Assembly: GCF_006345805.1 (NCBI RefSeq)
Contig: NC_043014.1
Span: 13,454,001 to 13,518,000 of the forward strand
Origin: Octopus sinensis
Taxonomy: Eukaryota
Direction of reading: 5' to 3'
DNA: 64,000 bases
The notes beneath the pieces were generated by a model. That model did not search any database and was not told the origin of the DNA. It saw nothing but the letters and a program-made list of their open reading frames with translations. Shown piece after piece: positions 1 through 13,805 of this stretch. Numbering within the stretch: the first letter of the stretch is position 1; each line of letters starts with the position of its first letter. A program made the position numbers and the translations under genes.

Positions 1-335
1 CTCTTGGTAGTAAGAAAAAAAAAATCTTTTGACAAACTGGAAAAAGGTAAATTTTGATGAGGGTACACAGTTGGCTGAATACATATACAGGTATGGCAGT
101 GTAGTTATAAAGTTCTCTTTATAACCACAAGGTTTCAGGTTCAATTAATGCCTTTGACCACAGTACTTGACTGGAGTGGTAAGTAGCTTGCTTACCAACC
201 ACATGGTTCTGGGTTCAGTCCCACTGTGTAGCACCTTATGCAAGTGTCTTCTACTATAGCCTCGGGCCAACCAAAGCCTTGTGAGTGAATCTGGTAGATG
301 GAAACTAAAAGTAGCCTGTCGTATATATTTATATG

Positions 336-394
<59 letters not shown>

Positions 395-397
<3 letters not shown>

Positions 398-630
398 CCC
401 ATGCCGGTGGCACGTAAAAAGCACCATCCGTTCGTGGCCGTTGCCACTCCGTCTGGCACCTGTGCGGGTGGCACGTAAAAAGCACCCACTACACTCGCGG
501 AGTGGTTGGCGTTAGGAAGGGCATCCAGCCGTAGAAACACTGCCTGATGCAGCCTTCTGGCTTCACAGACCCCAGTTGAACCGTCCAACCCATGCTAGCA
601 TGGAAAACGGACGCTAAATGATGATGATGA
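395..630 (+). mobile_element. RTE 3'-UTR fragment inserted in the microsatellite of a SINE
   Basis: gtgcgggtggcacgtaaaaagcaccc...ggaagggcatccagc...catgctagcatggaaaacggacgctaaatgatgatgat. Confidence 0.8.
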
Positions 631-1430
631 TATATATGTGTTTGTGTGTCTGTGTTTGTCCCCCCAACATTGCTCGACAACCGATGCTGGCATGTTTACA
701 TCCCCATAACTTAGTGGTTTGACAAAAGAGACCAATAGAATAAGTACTAGGCTTACAAAGAATAAGTCCTGGGGTCGATTTGCTCGACTAAAGGCAGTGC
801 TCCAGCATGGCTGCAGTCAAATGACTGAAACAAGTAAAAGAACCCTGGAGGAATGAAAGGCAAAGTTGAATTTGGCGGGATTTAAACTAGGGTTTCCGAT
901 TTAGATATGAAACCAGCAATTTTGTTTTTAGGGTTGCATTGACACTAGTATTTGACTAGTACTTTATTGCCCCCGAGTGATTGAAGGCACTGTTGACCTT
1001 GGTAGGATTTGAACTCAAAATGTAAAGATCCAGAACAAATACCACAAAGCATTTTCAGCTCTCTAAAGATTCTTCCAGCTTGCCAATAATAATAAGTTCC
1101 TTATATTAGTAGCGGTCAAAAGTTTTTTTCAGAACTGTTTGGTCAAATTAATCTTGCTATTTTGATGGTACTTATTTTATTGATCTAGGAAGAATTTGAA
1201 CTCAGCCATAGTTCAAAGGTAATTGCTTGATTTGTCACAGAGTATGCAAAAAAAAAATTCAATGTAACATATAAAAAAAAATCATTGCAAGCATTGTTTT
1301 TTTTTTATGCTAGTATAGGTTGGCAATCTCTCATCCCACTTCAATTCTTCTTACCTACACTGTCTCCTCCTTTTTGCCGAGGGTTTTACATCTGGATATT
1401 CTTCCTAACATAAACAACATTGCAGATTAA

Positions 1431-1649
1431 CCCTTTGGTGTTCAGATTACCTGTTAAATGTAATACTTTTTCACTCAAATTGTTTTGAATTAATCATGCA
1501 TTATGTTATAGCTTTGAGGTTTCAATGACGTGATTGTTTATATTTAGAATGACATTGTAGTTTAGGTGTGAGAGGCTAGATATGGCCAGTTTGAATATAA
1601 AACATGTAGAATATTCGGGCCGGATATGGCTGGTTTAAACACTAAAGGG
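1431..1649. mobile_element. piggyBac-type MITE (about 220 bp)
   Basis: TTAA|CCCTTTGGTGTT...AACACTAAAGGG|TTAA. Confidence 0.85.
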
Positions 1650-2110
1650 TTAAGCTGGGTGCATTTTATTTTCTTTGGGGACCATTGACACTTGGAGTTC
1701 TCTAAGAATTCTAAAGAGTCCCATCTACTCCTGCCTTGTTGCCATTTGTTCCTGTTGTAAATAAATATTACCCCAGTGTTGAGATAGCAGATTATCAGCC
1801 TTTAATATGGAGATATGTTAAGCTTCATTTTTTAATCTTTTGTATACTTTGTAAGATTACAGTTATGTAGTTCCAGTCAGTGCCGCCGAAGCAGACATTG
1901 CAGAAACCTCCTGCACCAGTTTGCAATCCTTCGCACATTCATGCAACCTACTTGCACTGCCAACCAAAACTCCCTCAGAGCATGCCCTGTCGTCTTAAAA
2001 AGGAACAAATGTTATTTTGTAGAAGTCACTCCTGAAACAACATCATAATATCTTCATAAACTGTGGGAGTTCATAGAACCAGTATTTAGTTTGTATTTCC
2101 GTATTGTTAA

Positions 2111-2620
2111 CCCTTTAGCATTCATATTACTCTGTTAAATGTAATGTATATTTATTCACATCATCGTTTAACGTCCGCTTTCCATGCTAGCATGGGTTGG
2201 ACAGTTCAACTGGGGTCTGGGAAGCCAGAAGGCTGCACCAGGCCCAGTCTGATCTGGCAGTGTTTCTACAGCTGGATGCCCTTCCTAACACCAACCACTC
2301 CGTGAGTGTAGTGGGTGCTTTTTACGTGCCACCCGCATGGAGGCCAGACGAGGCTGGCAACGGCCACAATCGGATGGCGCTTTTTACGTGCCACCGGCAC
2401 GGAGGCCAGTCAGGGCAGTGCTGGCAACGGCCACATTCGGATGGTTCTCGAGGCTGGCAATGGCCACGATCGGATTGTGCTGTAGCTTTAAGATTTTGAT
2501 GTGATTGTTTATTTTTAGAATCACATTGTAGGATAGGTGTGATAAGCTGGATCTGACCAGTCTGAACATAAAATAAATTGAATATTTAGGCCAGTTATGG
2601 CTAGTTTAACTGGTAAAGGG
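2111..2620. mobile_element. piggyBac-type MITE with RTE insert
   Basis: TTAA|CCCTTTAGCA...TAAAGGG|TTAA. Confidence 0.8.
2160..2478 (-). mobile_element. RTE 3'-UTR fragment nested in a piggyBac-type MITE
   Basis: Starts tcatcgtttaacgtccgctttccatgctagc; MITE sequence resumes after it. Confidence 0.8.
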
Positions 2621-2851
2621 TTAAATGGATGAATCAAATACCTCCTTGATAGTGCATTAGTCTGTTGTAGGTGAGTCTTTTCAGAAGGCCTGGTGCATGT
2701 TCTTTAGCCTAGCTATGAGGTAGTAGGCCGAAAACCTTGTCCATTAGACTAATTTTCCTTATCCTTGCTGTCCACCTCACAACTGAGCTTTTGCTTTTTT
2801 TCCCTAGGGTAACTTGTATGATAGCAACGCTCATTTACAACTGGGTGCACG

Positions 2852-2883
<32 letters not shown>

Positions 2884-5449
2884 TTTACATACATGATGGG
2901 CTTCTTCCGGTTTCTGTCAATCAAATCCTCTCACAGGTCTTCAGTGGACTTGGGGCTATAGATGAAGGCACTTACCTGAGACCACATGGTTAGGAAGCAA
3001 ACTTCTTAACCACACAGCCACACCTGTACCTCTTTTCTGTATTCTTCATTCCTATTTGTTACTTCGATGTGCCTTTCAGGTAACTTATTTCGAGTCTATT
3101 ATTTTTGTTATTCCCCTTTGAAATCTAGAATTGTTGTTTGTAAAACTGGTACAAATTTTGAAAGCCTGAAAATAGTGTTTGCATAATTTGTAGAAAACAT
3201 TTGACAGGACTTGTTATTCTTTTACATCTTTCACTTGTTTCAGTCATTTGACAGCAGCCATGCTGGAGCACCGCCTTTAGTTGAAGAAATCGACCCCAGG
3301 ATTTATTCTTTGTAAGCCTAGTACTTACTCTATCAGTCTCTTTTGCCGAACCACTAAGTTACGGGGATGTAAACTCACCAAGCAATGGTGGGGGAACAAA
3401 CACAGATACACAAACATGTATACGACAGGCTCCTTTCAGTTTCTCGTTTCTTTATTGCCCACAAGGGGCTAAACATAGAGGGGACAAACAAGGACAGACA
3501 AAGGGATTAAGTTGATTACATTGACCCCAGTGCGTAACTGGTACTTTATTTATCGACCCTGAAAGGATCAAAAGCAAAGTCGACCTCGGCAGAATTTGAA
3601 CTCAGAATGTAACGCCTTCTTTCAGTTTTTGTCTACCAAATCCACTTACAAGGCTTTGGTTGGCACGAGGCTATAGTAGAAGACACTTGCCCAAGGTGCC
3701 ATGCAGTGGGACAGAACCATGTGGTTGAGAAGCAAGGTTCTTACCACACAGCTATGCCTAACTTTTGTTCTATGACTTGTAGCTTTTGTTAATATTACAA
3801 TGAAAGTAATATAATTCTTTTATCTTCTTTCAGTCATTAGACTGTGGCCATGCTGGGGCACTGCCTTGAAGAATTGTAGTCTAATGTATCAACCCCAGTA
3901 CTTATCTTCTTTTTAAGCCTGGTACCTATTGTATCAGTCTCTTTTGCTGAACTGCTAAGTTACAGGGACATAAACACACCAACACTGGTTGTCAAGCAGT
4001 GTTGGGGGACAAACATGGACATAAAAATACATATACACATATGTATGTACACATGACAGTCTTGCTTGACTTTCCATCTACCAAATTCACTCACAGGACT
4101 TTGGTTGGCCCAAGGCTATAGTAAAAGTCACTTGCCCAACCCAGAACCATGTGGTTTGGAAGCAAACTTAAGGTTCTAGTATCTTCTACTGCCCCAGGCT
4201 GATCAATGCCTTGTGACTGAATTTGGTTGGCAGAAACTGCGTATGTCTTTGTGTTTGTTCTCCATTGCCACTGCTTGACAACCAGTGTTTGTTTACATCC
4301 CTGAGACCTAGCTGTTCAGCTAAAGAGACCAATAGAATAAGTGCCAGGACCAATTTGTACAACTGAAGGCAGTGCCCTAGCATGGCCACAGTACAATGAT
4401 TAAAATAAGTAAAAGACAAAAAGATAGTGTAATCACGAATTATATTATTATTCAATATGTTCTTTTTCTTTTCAAGCCAGTGGGTTGTGATCAGGAGAAA
4501 TTTGACTGCTATTTCTAGAAGTTGAGTGGTCACTTAGGACAGGAATCCGTACCATTTTATACTTCATGTGCCAATTTTTCATGCTTGAGATCAGATACAT
4601 CATATGCCAATTATTTACAATTGAGATCAGATATGCCTTACAAGTCTTACAATTCCAGGCAATTCTTGTATAAGATATAACCCTTTTTACTATAGGCACA
4701 AGGCCTGAAATTTGGCAGGAGGGGACTAGCCAATTACACTGACCCCAATATTTTACCGGTACTTAATTTATCGACCCTGAAAGGATATAAGACAAAGTCA
4801 ACCTTGGCAGAATTTGAACTCAGAATATAGTGACGGACGAAATACCTCTAAGCATTTTGTCCAGTGCGCTAAGGATTCTGCCAGCTTGCCGCCTTTCTTG
4901 TATAAAATATGATATTAATGCTTTTACCATTTTTTTTTCTTTTTACATGTAATTTATTTAATATAACAAACATAAACGACTCAGAGACTTTTGAGTCTGT
5001 TTTGATCTCCCCAAGCTTATAATGTTTATAAGTGGCTGTGTGGTTAAGCTTGCTTCCCAACTATGTGGACTTAGGTCTAGTCCCGCTCTGCAGCACCTTG
5101 AGCAAGTGTTTTCTACTTTAGCCCTGGGCCAACCAAAACCTTGTGAGTGGATTTGCTAGATGGAAACAGGAAGCTTGTCATATTTCATCATCATTTAATA
5201 TTTGTTTTCCATGCTGGCATGTGTTGGATAGATGTGTGTGGGTGTATATATATATATAGGACATAGTAAGTATGTCTACCTGCTTGAAATAGCAGTCAAA
5301 ACTGTTATTAAATCGCCAAAAATACACTGATGATAACTACAGAAATCAAATGAAGGCAAAATCAGGTTAAGACAAATCTACTAACATACATCACAATAGT
5401 TACATTGGATAATAATAGAATTAATGACACCTTCACAAATTAATTTTTC

Positions 5450-5491
<42 letters not shown>

Positions 5492-6651
5492 GTTTGTTCC
5501 ACATCACTGCTTGACAACCGTTCTGAGTTTGTTTAAGTCCCTCGTAACTTAGGAGTGTGGCAAAAGAGATCAATGGAATAACTACCAGGCTTTAAAAAAC
5601 ATGAGTACTGGTGTTGATTTGTTCGACTAAACCCTTTAAGGCGGTACTCCAGCATGGCCACTGCCTGGCTAATGACTGAAACGAGTACAAGGTAAAGTAA
5701 ATCAGTTCCCGAGTGCAGTAAAGAATCGGTCAATTGTAAGCCCTCTCTTTGTTTTTTCTATATCGATTTGTTTATGTTGCTCCAACATGGCCTCTGTTCA
5801 ATAACTGAAACCAGTACAAGATATGTTTGTTGTTTTCAAACAATGGATGTTGTAACTTTGGACAAATTTTCTTGGTTCTAAAAAATGTTGACAGGGTAAT
5901 AATAATCAATGATTGTTAGACATTAATCATATCAACAACATACAGAATTGGGGAAAGCTCATCCAATTTCATTTTCAATGAATTTTGTTTCCTAGTCAGT
6001 AACTTCTGTTTTGTAATGTTACTAAGCATTTTCATATTTTCTTTTGTATTATTCACTAAAACTGGTTTATGTCAGTATGCAATCTTCTTGTTTAGTAAAA
6101 AAATCGTGAAAGCGGCTTTGAATATTTTCTGAAACCATAATAGTAAAATGTAATAATAGTAAAGTCAAGTCATGCAGACAACTTTCAATAGACATGCAAT
6201 AACCTGATTTTTTTCAGCATTTCCCTTTTTGTTTTTTCACTTCACTGGCATTTCTGTTGTAGCTTTTCTGTCGTCTTTTAACATAAGTTGTTTCAGAAAT
6301 GACTTTGGCAATATATTTGGTAAAGGAGATTTAGCTGCCATTTCTAGCATGTTGCATAACTATGTAGAGGCAGCCTTGTCAGTTTATCTTTATCTCTTTA
6401 TCTTTTACTTTGGAGGATTTAATCGAATAAATCAACCCTGGTATTTATTCTATCAGTATTTTTTGCTGAACTACTAAGTTACAGGAGGCATAAATGAACC
6501 CAAATCATTCAAACAGCTTTTAATAGACTTGCAATAACCTGATTTTCTTTTTCCAGCATTTTTGAAATAAATTGTTATTAATCTCAGCTCAGTTACTCCG
6601 CTTTTTCAAAACTTGTTCAAGTCCATACTGAAAGATGATGAACAGTTTTAA

Positions 6652-6868
6652 CCCTTGGGCATTTAAACCAACCATATCAAGCTCAAGATGTTCTACCTGT
6701 TTAATGCTCAAACCGGCCAGATCTAACCTTTCACACCTCCCCAACAATGTCATTCAAAACATAAACAATCACATCATTGAAATCTCAAAGCAACAAGATA
6801 ATACATGACTAACTCAAAACAATGAATAAATAAGCTTCATATTTGAGAATAATCTGTTTGTTGAAGGG
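6652..6868. mobile_element. piggyBac-type MITE, opposite orientation
   Basis: TTAA|CCCTT...AAGGG|TTAA; body is the reverse complement of 1431-1649. Confidence 0.8.
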
Positions 6869-7299
6869 TTAATGTCGTAGTAAATCTATTGATGTGATTT
6901 ACTAACTTTGGGAACAATTTTTTTTCTTGTCCTGCAATTTCAAATTTAGATTGCTGCTTATCACCATCGTTTTAATATCCACTTTTCAATGCTTGTATGG
7001 GTTGGATAGAGTTTTATTCAGGCAGATTTTCTACGTTTGGACATACCTTCCTGTCGTCAACCCTCAGCTGTTTTTAAGCAAGGTAATATTTCCCAATGGC
7101 CACACCATGTTTACACAAAATATTGAGGATGAATGACATTGCTTATATAACTGACACTCATTCACAATCATCACTCAATACCAAGATAAAGACACACACA
7201 CACACTCTTAGACTAGTAAAGAATAATCAACCATTCTAACTAATTAATGAGGTCAGCGGGACAAAATGCTTCACAGAATCCAGAGAATATTTTGCAATG

Positions 7300-7640
7300 A
7301 GCAAAGAGCCTTTCCTCAAATATCCCGATATTGCTTGTCTTCTTCCCGACTCCACTTGGGCCACCTCCCATCGCAATCATGTTTTCCTGGAACACTCTGC
7401 ACTACATCTTCCTTGGTCTTCCTCTCAGCCCTCCTTCTCCTTCTGGCAGTTTCTCCATCACAGTGGTAATATGTGTCTCTCGTAGTAATCAAAGCACATG
7501 GCCTGTACACCATATCTACCACTTAGTCACCATGTCCTGTTGACTTTTCATGCTAGCTCTCCTCATTACCTCTTTGTTTCTCACTTTGTCCCCATAAGAG
7601 ATGCCCAGAATTGAACAAAGGCAGTGTTGATGGAACAAGT
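7300..7640 (-). mobile_element. Decayed RTE-clade LINE C-terminal fragment
   Basis: Minus strand reads FHQHCLCSILGISYGDKVRNKEVMRRA...TGHVL*...RGRPRKM with stops. Confidence 0.72.
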
Positions 7641-9039
7641 CTAGCACATACACCTAATGGGCTTCTTTCAATTTCCATCTAACAAATCCACTGGGGCCCT
7701 AGTAGAAGACACTTGCACAAGGTGCTACATAGTGAGACCAAGCCCCAAACCATGCGGTTTGGAAGCAAACTTCTCAAGCACATAGCTACATCTACAGTTA
7801 TATCAAATGAAAAAAACTGTAAACCAAGTAGCCACTGTTACCAAATAAAAGGGTTTTGTCTTCAAGCAGTTCACTTTTCTCTAATAGAAAATTATGAACA
7901 ATATTTTTCAGTTTTCAAAAGCTACTCAGAATTTGTGCTAGAAGGCTAGCACCCCTCACTACAGAAGACAGGATCACCATACTCCAGATCTAACCTTTTG
8001 CAATATTCTCTGCATTCTGTGAAGCATTTTGTTCCATTGATCTCATTGATTAGTCAGAATTAATGATTATTCCTTGCTGACTACCTCTGACCATGAAAAG
8101 GTCATTTGTTAATATGGTGCATTGATTAAGAAATTATGGCTTCTAAGAACACATAACATTCTAATAACAAACCAACAGGATTGATTTAAGAGTTCTGTAA
8201 ACAGTTTCAAATTCAGATGATTGATAGACTCATTTAGTTGTACAATTGTTTTTACTGCTCTGTATCTAACATTTCTCTTTTTTTTTCACTTCACTGGTGT
8301 TTCTGTTGTAGTTTTTCCATTGTCTTTTAACATATGTTGTTTCAGAAATGACTTTGGCAACATATTTGGTGGAGGAGATTTAGCTACTATTTCTATTGTG
8401 TTACGTAACTATGTAGAGGTACCCTTGTCGATTTATCTTTATCTCTTAATTATTTCAGTCATTGAACTGTGGCCATGCTGGGGCACCAATTTGAAGGATT
8501 TAATTGAACAAATCAACCCTAGTATTTACTCTCTCAGTATTTTTTGCTGAACTACTAAGTTACAGGGGTCATAAATAAACCAAAACTGGTTGTCAAGTAG
8601 GAAGTGGGGACAAACATAGACATGCACACACATGCACACACACGCATGTACAGACATGCATGCGCACACATACACATGCATGCATACACACACATATGCA
8701 CACACATGATGGGTTTCCATTAAATTTCCATCTACTAAATTCATTTACAAGGTATTGGTCAGCCTGGGGCTATAGAAGACACTTGCCCAAAGTGCCATGC
8801 AGTGGGACTGAACCAGAAACCATGTGGTTGCAAAGTAAGTGTCTTAACCACACAGCCATGTCTGTATCTGGTCATCCATGCCTGTGAAACTTTCTTTGCT
8901 TCAAAGGTTCCTACAAGATCTGTTCAAGCAGAGCTAGCTTAACCTTGAGCTTCATTTAATTGATTTAACATCACTACCTGGCACTTCATTGCCATCTACT
9001 TGTAGAGTCTCCTTTATTGCAAGAATTCTCCTGGTGCTT

Positions 9040-9355
9040 GGTAGATCCGTACTTTGGATCTACCAGGAGAATTCATCTACGAAGCAATTGCCCCAGCTCC
9101 CCTTCAGGATTGGCGAATGCGATGTGGTGGACAGCGAAAAACCTGGTTGATGATAGTCAAGGCTGATCTGGAACCCAACCTAGGCCCCCATATCTACGGC
9201 GTTTGCTGCTGGAATAAGGAGTGGTTGGAGATCACGCGGTTGTTAGCCTCAAATCGCCAGGCCTGGTCGGCATTTGTGAGAGATGCAGCATTGAGGATGA
9301 ATGAAGCCAGCTCAACCCACCCCGGGTGAATGCTGTCTCAAGACAAGAAGAAGAC
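9040..9355 (+). mobile_element. 3' end of a second RTE-clade LINE
   Basis: Encodes WRMRCGGQRKTWLMIVKADLE...LASNRQAWSAFVRDA...STHPG*, an RTE-like C-terminus; tail caagacaagaagaaga. Confidence 0.72.
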
Positions 9356-10587
9356 TTTATAGCAAGCATCCAGACCAGTTCTTCTATCTCTTCCTCCCTT
9401 TTACCCAGCAGCCTGTACAAAAGCTCACAGGAACTTCCCCTCTTCCCCTGACTAAAGCTCATAAAAACAAACAAAAAAAAGAAACAATTTCATTCATTAT
9501 TAGGTTTTTGTGTTAGTGTTTTGTACTGCAGATGATTCAATCATTGTTGTTTAATTTTCGGTGTTAACACATGACACTTAATCTTGTCACAATGTATTTC
9601 TCTGAAAATTAGTACACACTTACTTCATGTAAGCAGAAAGGTCATTCAACTGTAAAATTGCAGGTGTAAATGACTGTATATAACCCATATAAGTATATTT
9701 CACATAATGCATTGCCCACATCATGTCCTTTGAAATGATATTATATCCTAAACAGTCATATGTGTAGCTGTGCAGTGAAGACGCTTGCTTCCCAATCATA
9801 TGGTTTTGAGTTCAGTCCCACTGCGTGGTACCTTGGGCAAGTGTCTTCTGTTGTAGCCCCAGGCCAACCAAAGCCTTGTAAGTGGACTTGTTATTCTTTT
9901 ACTTGACACCATATGATTATTACAGATGAGTATCATCATTATCATACAAGTGAAGTTGTTCATTTCCTGTCTCCTGCGAAGATCATGAAGCTAAGGGAAA
10001 ATATTACCTTGCTTGAAAACAGGTGAGAGTTGGAGACAGGAAAGGTCTGTAGAAAAAATCTGCCTCAACAAAATCTGTCCGACTCATGCAAGTGTGGAGA
10101 AGTGGATGTTAAATGTTGATGACAATGAGAAAAGTGATAGTAAACCAGGTTGTGATAAAAACCCTGATCATCATCATCAACATTTAACATTTGTTTTCCA
10201 TGCTGGCATGGGTTGGACAGCTTGGCAGGAACTCGCAAGGTCAGAGGTTGCACCAGGTTCCATAGTCTATTTTGGCTTGGTTTCTATGGCTGGATGCCTT
10301 TCTTAATGCCAACCGTTCCACAGGGTGTACTGGATGTTGTTTTTTTTTTACGTGGCACCAGTGCCTTTTATGTGACACCTTGGTTTTAAGATCTCAGTCC
10401 TGTTGTGGTGGATGGGTCTTCTCACATACAGCAATATGCCACATATCTTGGCCCTCTGTCATCTCCTTTGTAAGGTTCAGTGTTTTGAAATTGGTTTTCA
10501 ATATTTGATAAATTATTTGCCAAATTTCTGCGAGTATATGTTTTCAGTTAGACAAGGGCAGACTGAATAAATGGTTCTTTTAATTTC

Positions 10588-11185
10588 TGTATTTGATGGC
10601 ATAAAGAATGCATGGGCATATTAAACACACCCTAATTTCAACTGCATATTTAGGAAAAAAACGCTTTTAGTGCGTTAAACCATGTAATATTTGTTTTAAA
10701 GTTTGGCACAAGACCAGCAATCTTGAGGGAGGGGGTAAGTCGATTGCATTGACCCCAGTGCTTGACTGGTACTTATCTTATTGGCCCAAAAAAATGAAAC
10801 ACAATTTGACCTTGGTGGAGTTTGAACTCAGAACTTAAGGATAGATACAATACTGCTAAGCATTTTGCCTGGCATGCTAATGGTTCTTTCTGCTTGCCAC
10901 CTTATTACAGAATGCAATATTTAAAGCAATCTAGTAGTACCTATAAAACATTACAATAGTACCTTAGCTATAGCAGAAAACATTATTTTTTATAAAAAGT
11001 TAGCATTACAGCTGAACATAAAACAAGAAATCATAATAGTAAAATTAGCCTATAGTAGTGAACATCAGGGACAAAATTAGCTTATGGAAGGCCCAACTTT
11101 GCATATAGGACCTGAGGTGACTTTTTTTGAGCACTTTCTTTACTTTTTTTTTTTGAAAAAGTGCATCATATGCCATTTCATACAT
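10588..11185. mobile_element. Decayed dispersed repeat (possibly pogo/Tigger-like MITE) with a SINE insert; related copies at 17222-18130
   Basis: Shared blocks catgtaatattt, agtaccttagcta, gggacaaaattagcttatgg. Classification tentative. Confidence 0.5.
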
Positions 11186-11458
11186 GTGATAGATTTGCCT
11201 TTTCTATTTTACTGTTCAGCCTGTTATTGTACTAGCCTCATTTTTTTCTCGATTGTACTCATCTTCCATGTCTGCTCATTTATACACCAGCAGCTCATGT
11301 TGCTGACACAGCTGAATTAAGCAGTATTTTCAAAATAGTGTTGAAATTGTGATGATTTTTGGTTATTAATTGATGAGGGGTTGAGCATATCTATGTCCAG
11401 TTTTTCTTGTTTATTCTATGTTCTTTTGCCATCCTTTCATGCCACATTTTATTATATA

Positions 11459-11842
11459 CTAGCAGTATCGCCCGGCGTTGCTCAGGTTTGTAAGGGAAAT
11501 AACTATAAAGCATTTTTAGAGAGTTATAGCCAAAAAATAGCAAAAAGATGGAAAAAAAATGATGGTAAATTTTTTTTTTAGTTAAAAAAGGTGGAGTTGC
11601 GTCCCCTAGACAGTTTGCGGTTTGTGTTTCTGATTCTCGACCCCATGTCGAATTTATCGATTTTTTTCAGAACTGGGGAAACTTTTCAAAATTTTCGCAG
11701 TGTTAGTTTTAAATTATGACATTGGGCTATGTGTGTGTCAAGTTTCATCAGAATCGGTTGAAAGCCGTGGTCAGGGTGAGGGTACAAGCAAACAGACACA
11801 CAGAAACACGCACAGACAAACTGCCGTTTATATATAGAGAGA
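11459..11842 (-). mobile_element. Non-autonomous Helitron
   Basis: Minus strand begins TC and ends CTAG, sits between A and T with no TSD, has a subterminal GC hairpin (cctgagcaacgccggg) and a 5' TCTG/TGTG microsatellite. Confidence 0.8.
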
Positions 11843-12383
11843 TATATACGTAGTATTGATGCAAAAGTCTAATGTTCACTCTATTGGCTATTTCCTATAA
11901 ACTCCCTACCTAGGTGAGGTCATTGAAAAGTTTGACATTTGAGTTATTTGACCTTGTGAATCACACTATGCATATGGCATTCAGGTGTTGAACTGCAGAC
12001 CCTATATTCATGTTTCAGTCATTGTATTTTACTCTTTGGTACAGCATGTTTGTTTTGCTATTATTATTTCTTGGAACATAGGTTCCACGCCTATTTTGTG
12101 GTGAGTAACACTTAGCTATAAGGTTATTTATGTAAAACATCCTAATTTAAATAAAGCATTTCATTTATGCTATCATGGTAAAACGAATCTTTATTATCTT
12201 TTATTTGCTTCAGACATTCAACTGTGGCCATGCTATAGCACCATCTTGAATGGTTTGGTTGAATGAATCAATCCCACTACTTCTTTTAAAGTTTGGTAAA
12301 TTACAGACTTATAAACAAATCAATGTCAGTTGTCAGGCAGTGAAGGGGGATACAGAATACAGATACACACACGTGTGTGTGTG

Positions 12384-12445
<62 letters not shown>

Positions 12446-12631
12446 GGGAGAATTCACGAAAAAACAAGACGAAGACAGGTGGTGTAGAAAACAAACAGAT
12501 GTATTAGTATCATGCTCGGGAATTGAAAAGGTCTTTTACGTTTTGAGCCTATGCTCTTCCACTGAAAGGAACATAGAAAGAAACAAGGAGAGAGAAAAAA
12601 ATGTGTGTAGTGGCTACCGATCTATCATGGC

Positions 12632-12690
<59 letters not shown>

Positions 12691-13493
12691 TTATTTGATG
12701 GATTTCTACAGTTTCCATCTACCAAATTCACTCACAAGGCATTGGTACCCCACTATAGTCACAGCCCAGAGACTAAAATGGTTAAAAAATTTGATAAAAA
12801 AAAGAAAAAAAAGCATGATAGTAAACAGCTGGAATGCAGGTTTGGTAGATCAAGTATAGCCTAAAACTAAACAAATTAAACACTCTAGAATCAAGTGGGC
12901 AACAAAACAGCTGCCTTGGGCTTGAACTTGCCGGTCTATAACCAATGGTATAGTAATAAGAATAGTGTTTGTTTTCAGTGAGTTCAGTTGAAGCAAACTG
13001 TGTAATGTGTGTTGTTTGAAGATTATATCATTGCTCATGTTTGTATTACTGGTTCCTTGGTAACTTACTTACCTACTTACTACCTTTGTTGTCCTTGTTT
13101 AGCCTTGATTATCCCCTGAATATACAAACTTTTGTGATTGATGACTTTTGAGGCACTATGTATCCTTGACTACCACAAGTAGACATTCTCATCAGCTTGA
13201 CAAGCATCATGGGCATTGACTGTTGTTATCCTCTTTCTATCGATCTACCCCACTCTTACAAATGACACCATTGGCTTTTATTTAGAAATTGTGTCTGACA
13301 CTGGCTGAAATAAAGGACAACAAGATCACAGCTGGAAGATCGAAGGGGCTTATTTGATCAAGACTGACCTCATTACGTGCTGCAATGAGTTTCCATTTGC
13401 ACTTTACTCCCTATTGCCTACTTGTTCCTTGACAGTGACATCTATTGCTGGATTTACTGTGTGCAATTAAAAACATGTATGATGTTTTATGTT

Positions 13494-13805
13494 GGAGGCG
13501 CAATGACCCAGTGGTTAGGGCAACAGACTTGTGGTCGGAGGATCGCAGTTTCGATTCCCAGACTGGGCATTGTGTGTGTTTATTGAGTGAAAACACCTAA
13601 AGCTCCATGAGGCTCCGGCAGGGGGAGGTGGTGACCCCTGTTGTACTCTTTTGCTCCAACTTTCTCTCTTTCTTCCTATTTCTTGGGTAATGCTGCAATG
13701 GACTGGCGTCCCGTCCAGCTGGGGGGGAACACATATGCCACAGAAACCGGGAATCCAGGCCCATGAGCCTGGCTAGGCTTGAAAAGGGCACATAAATAAA
13801 TAAAA
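13494..13805 (+). mobile_element. tRNA-derived SINE family C head with V-domain-like tail X
   Basis: ggaggcgcaatgacccagtggttaggg...gtttcgattccc head; atggactggcgtcccgtccag body; (TAAA)n tail. Confidence 0.8.

Noticed and set aside
145-680. Many 60-250 aa ORFs in the ORF track ([34 protein letters not shown] types)
   Set aside because: Translations of microsatellites, SINEs and the RTE UTR; they recur in every copy and in several frames.
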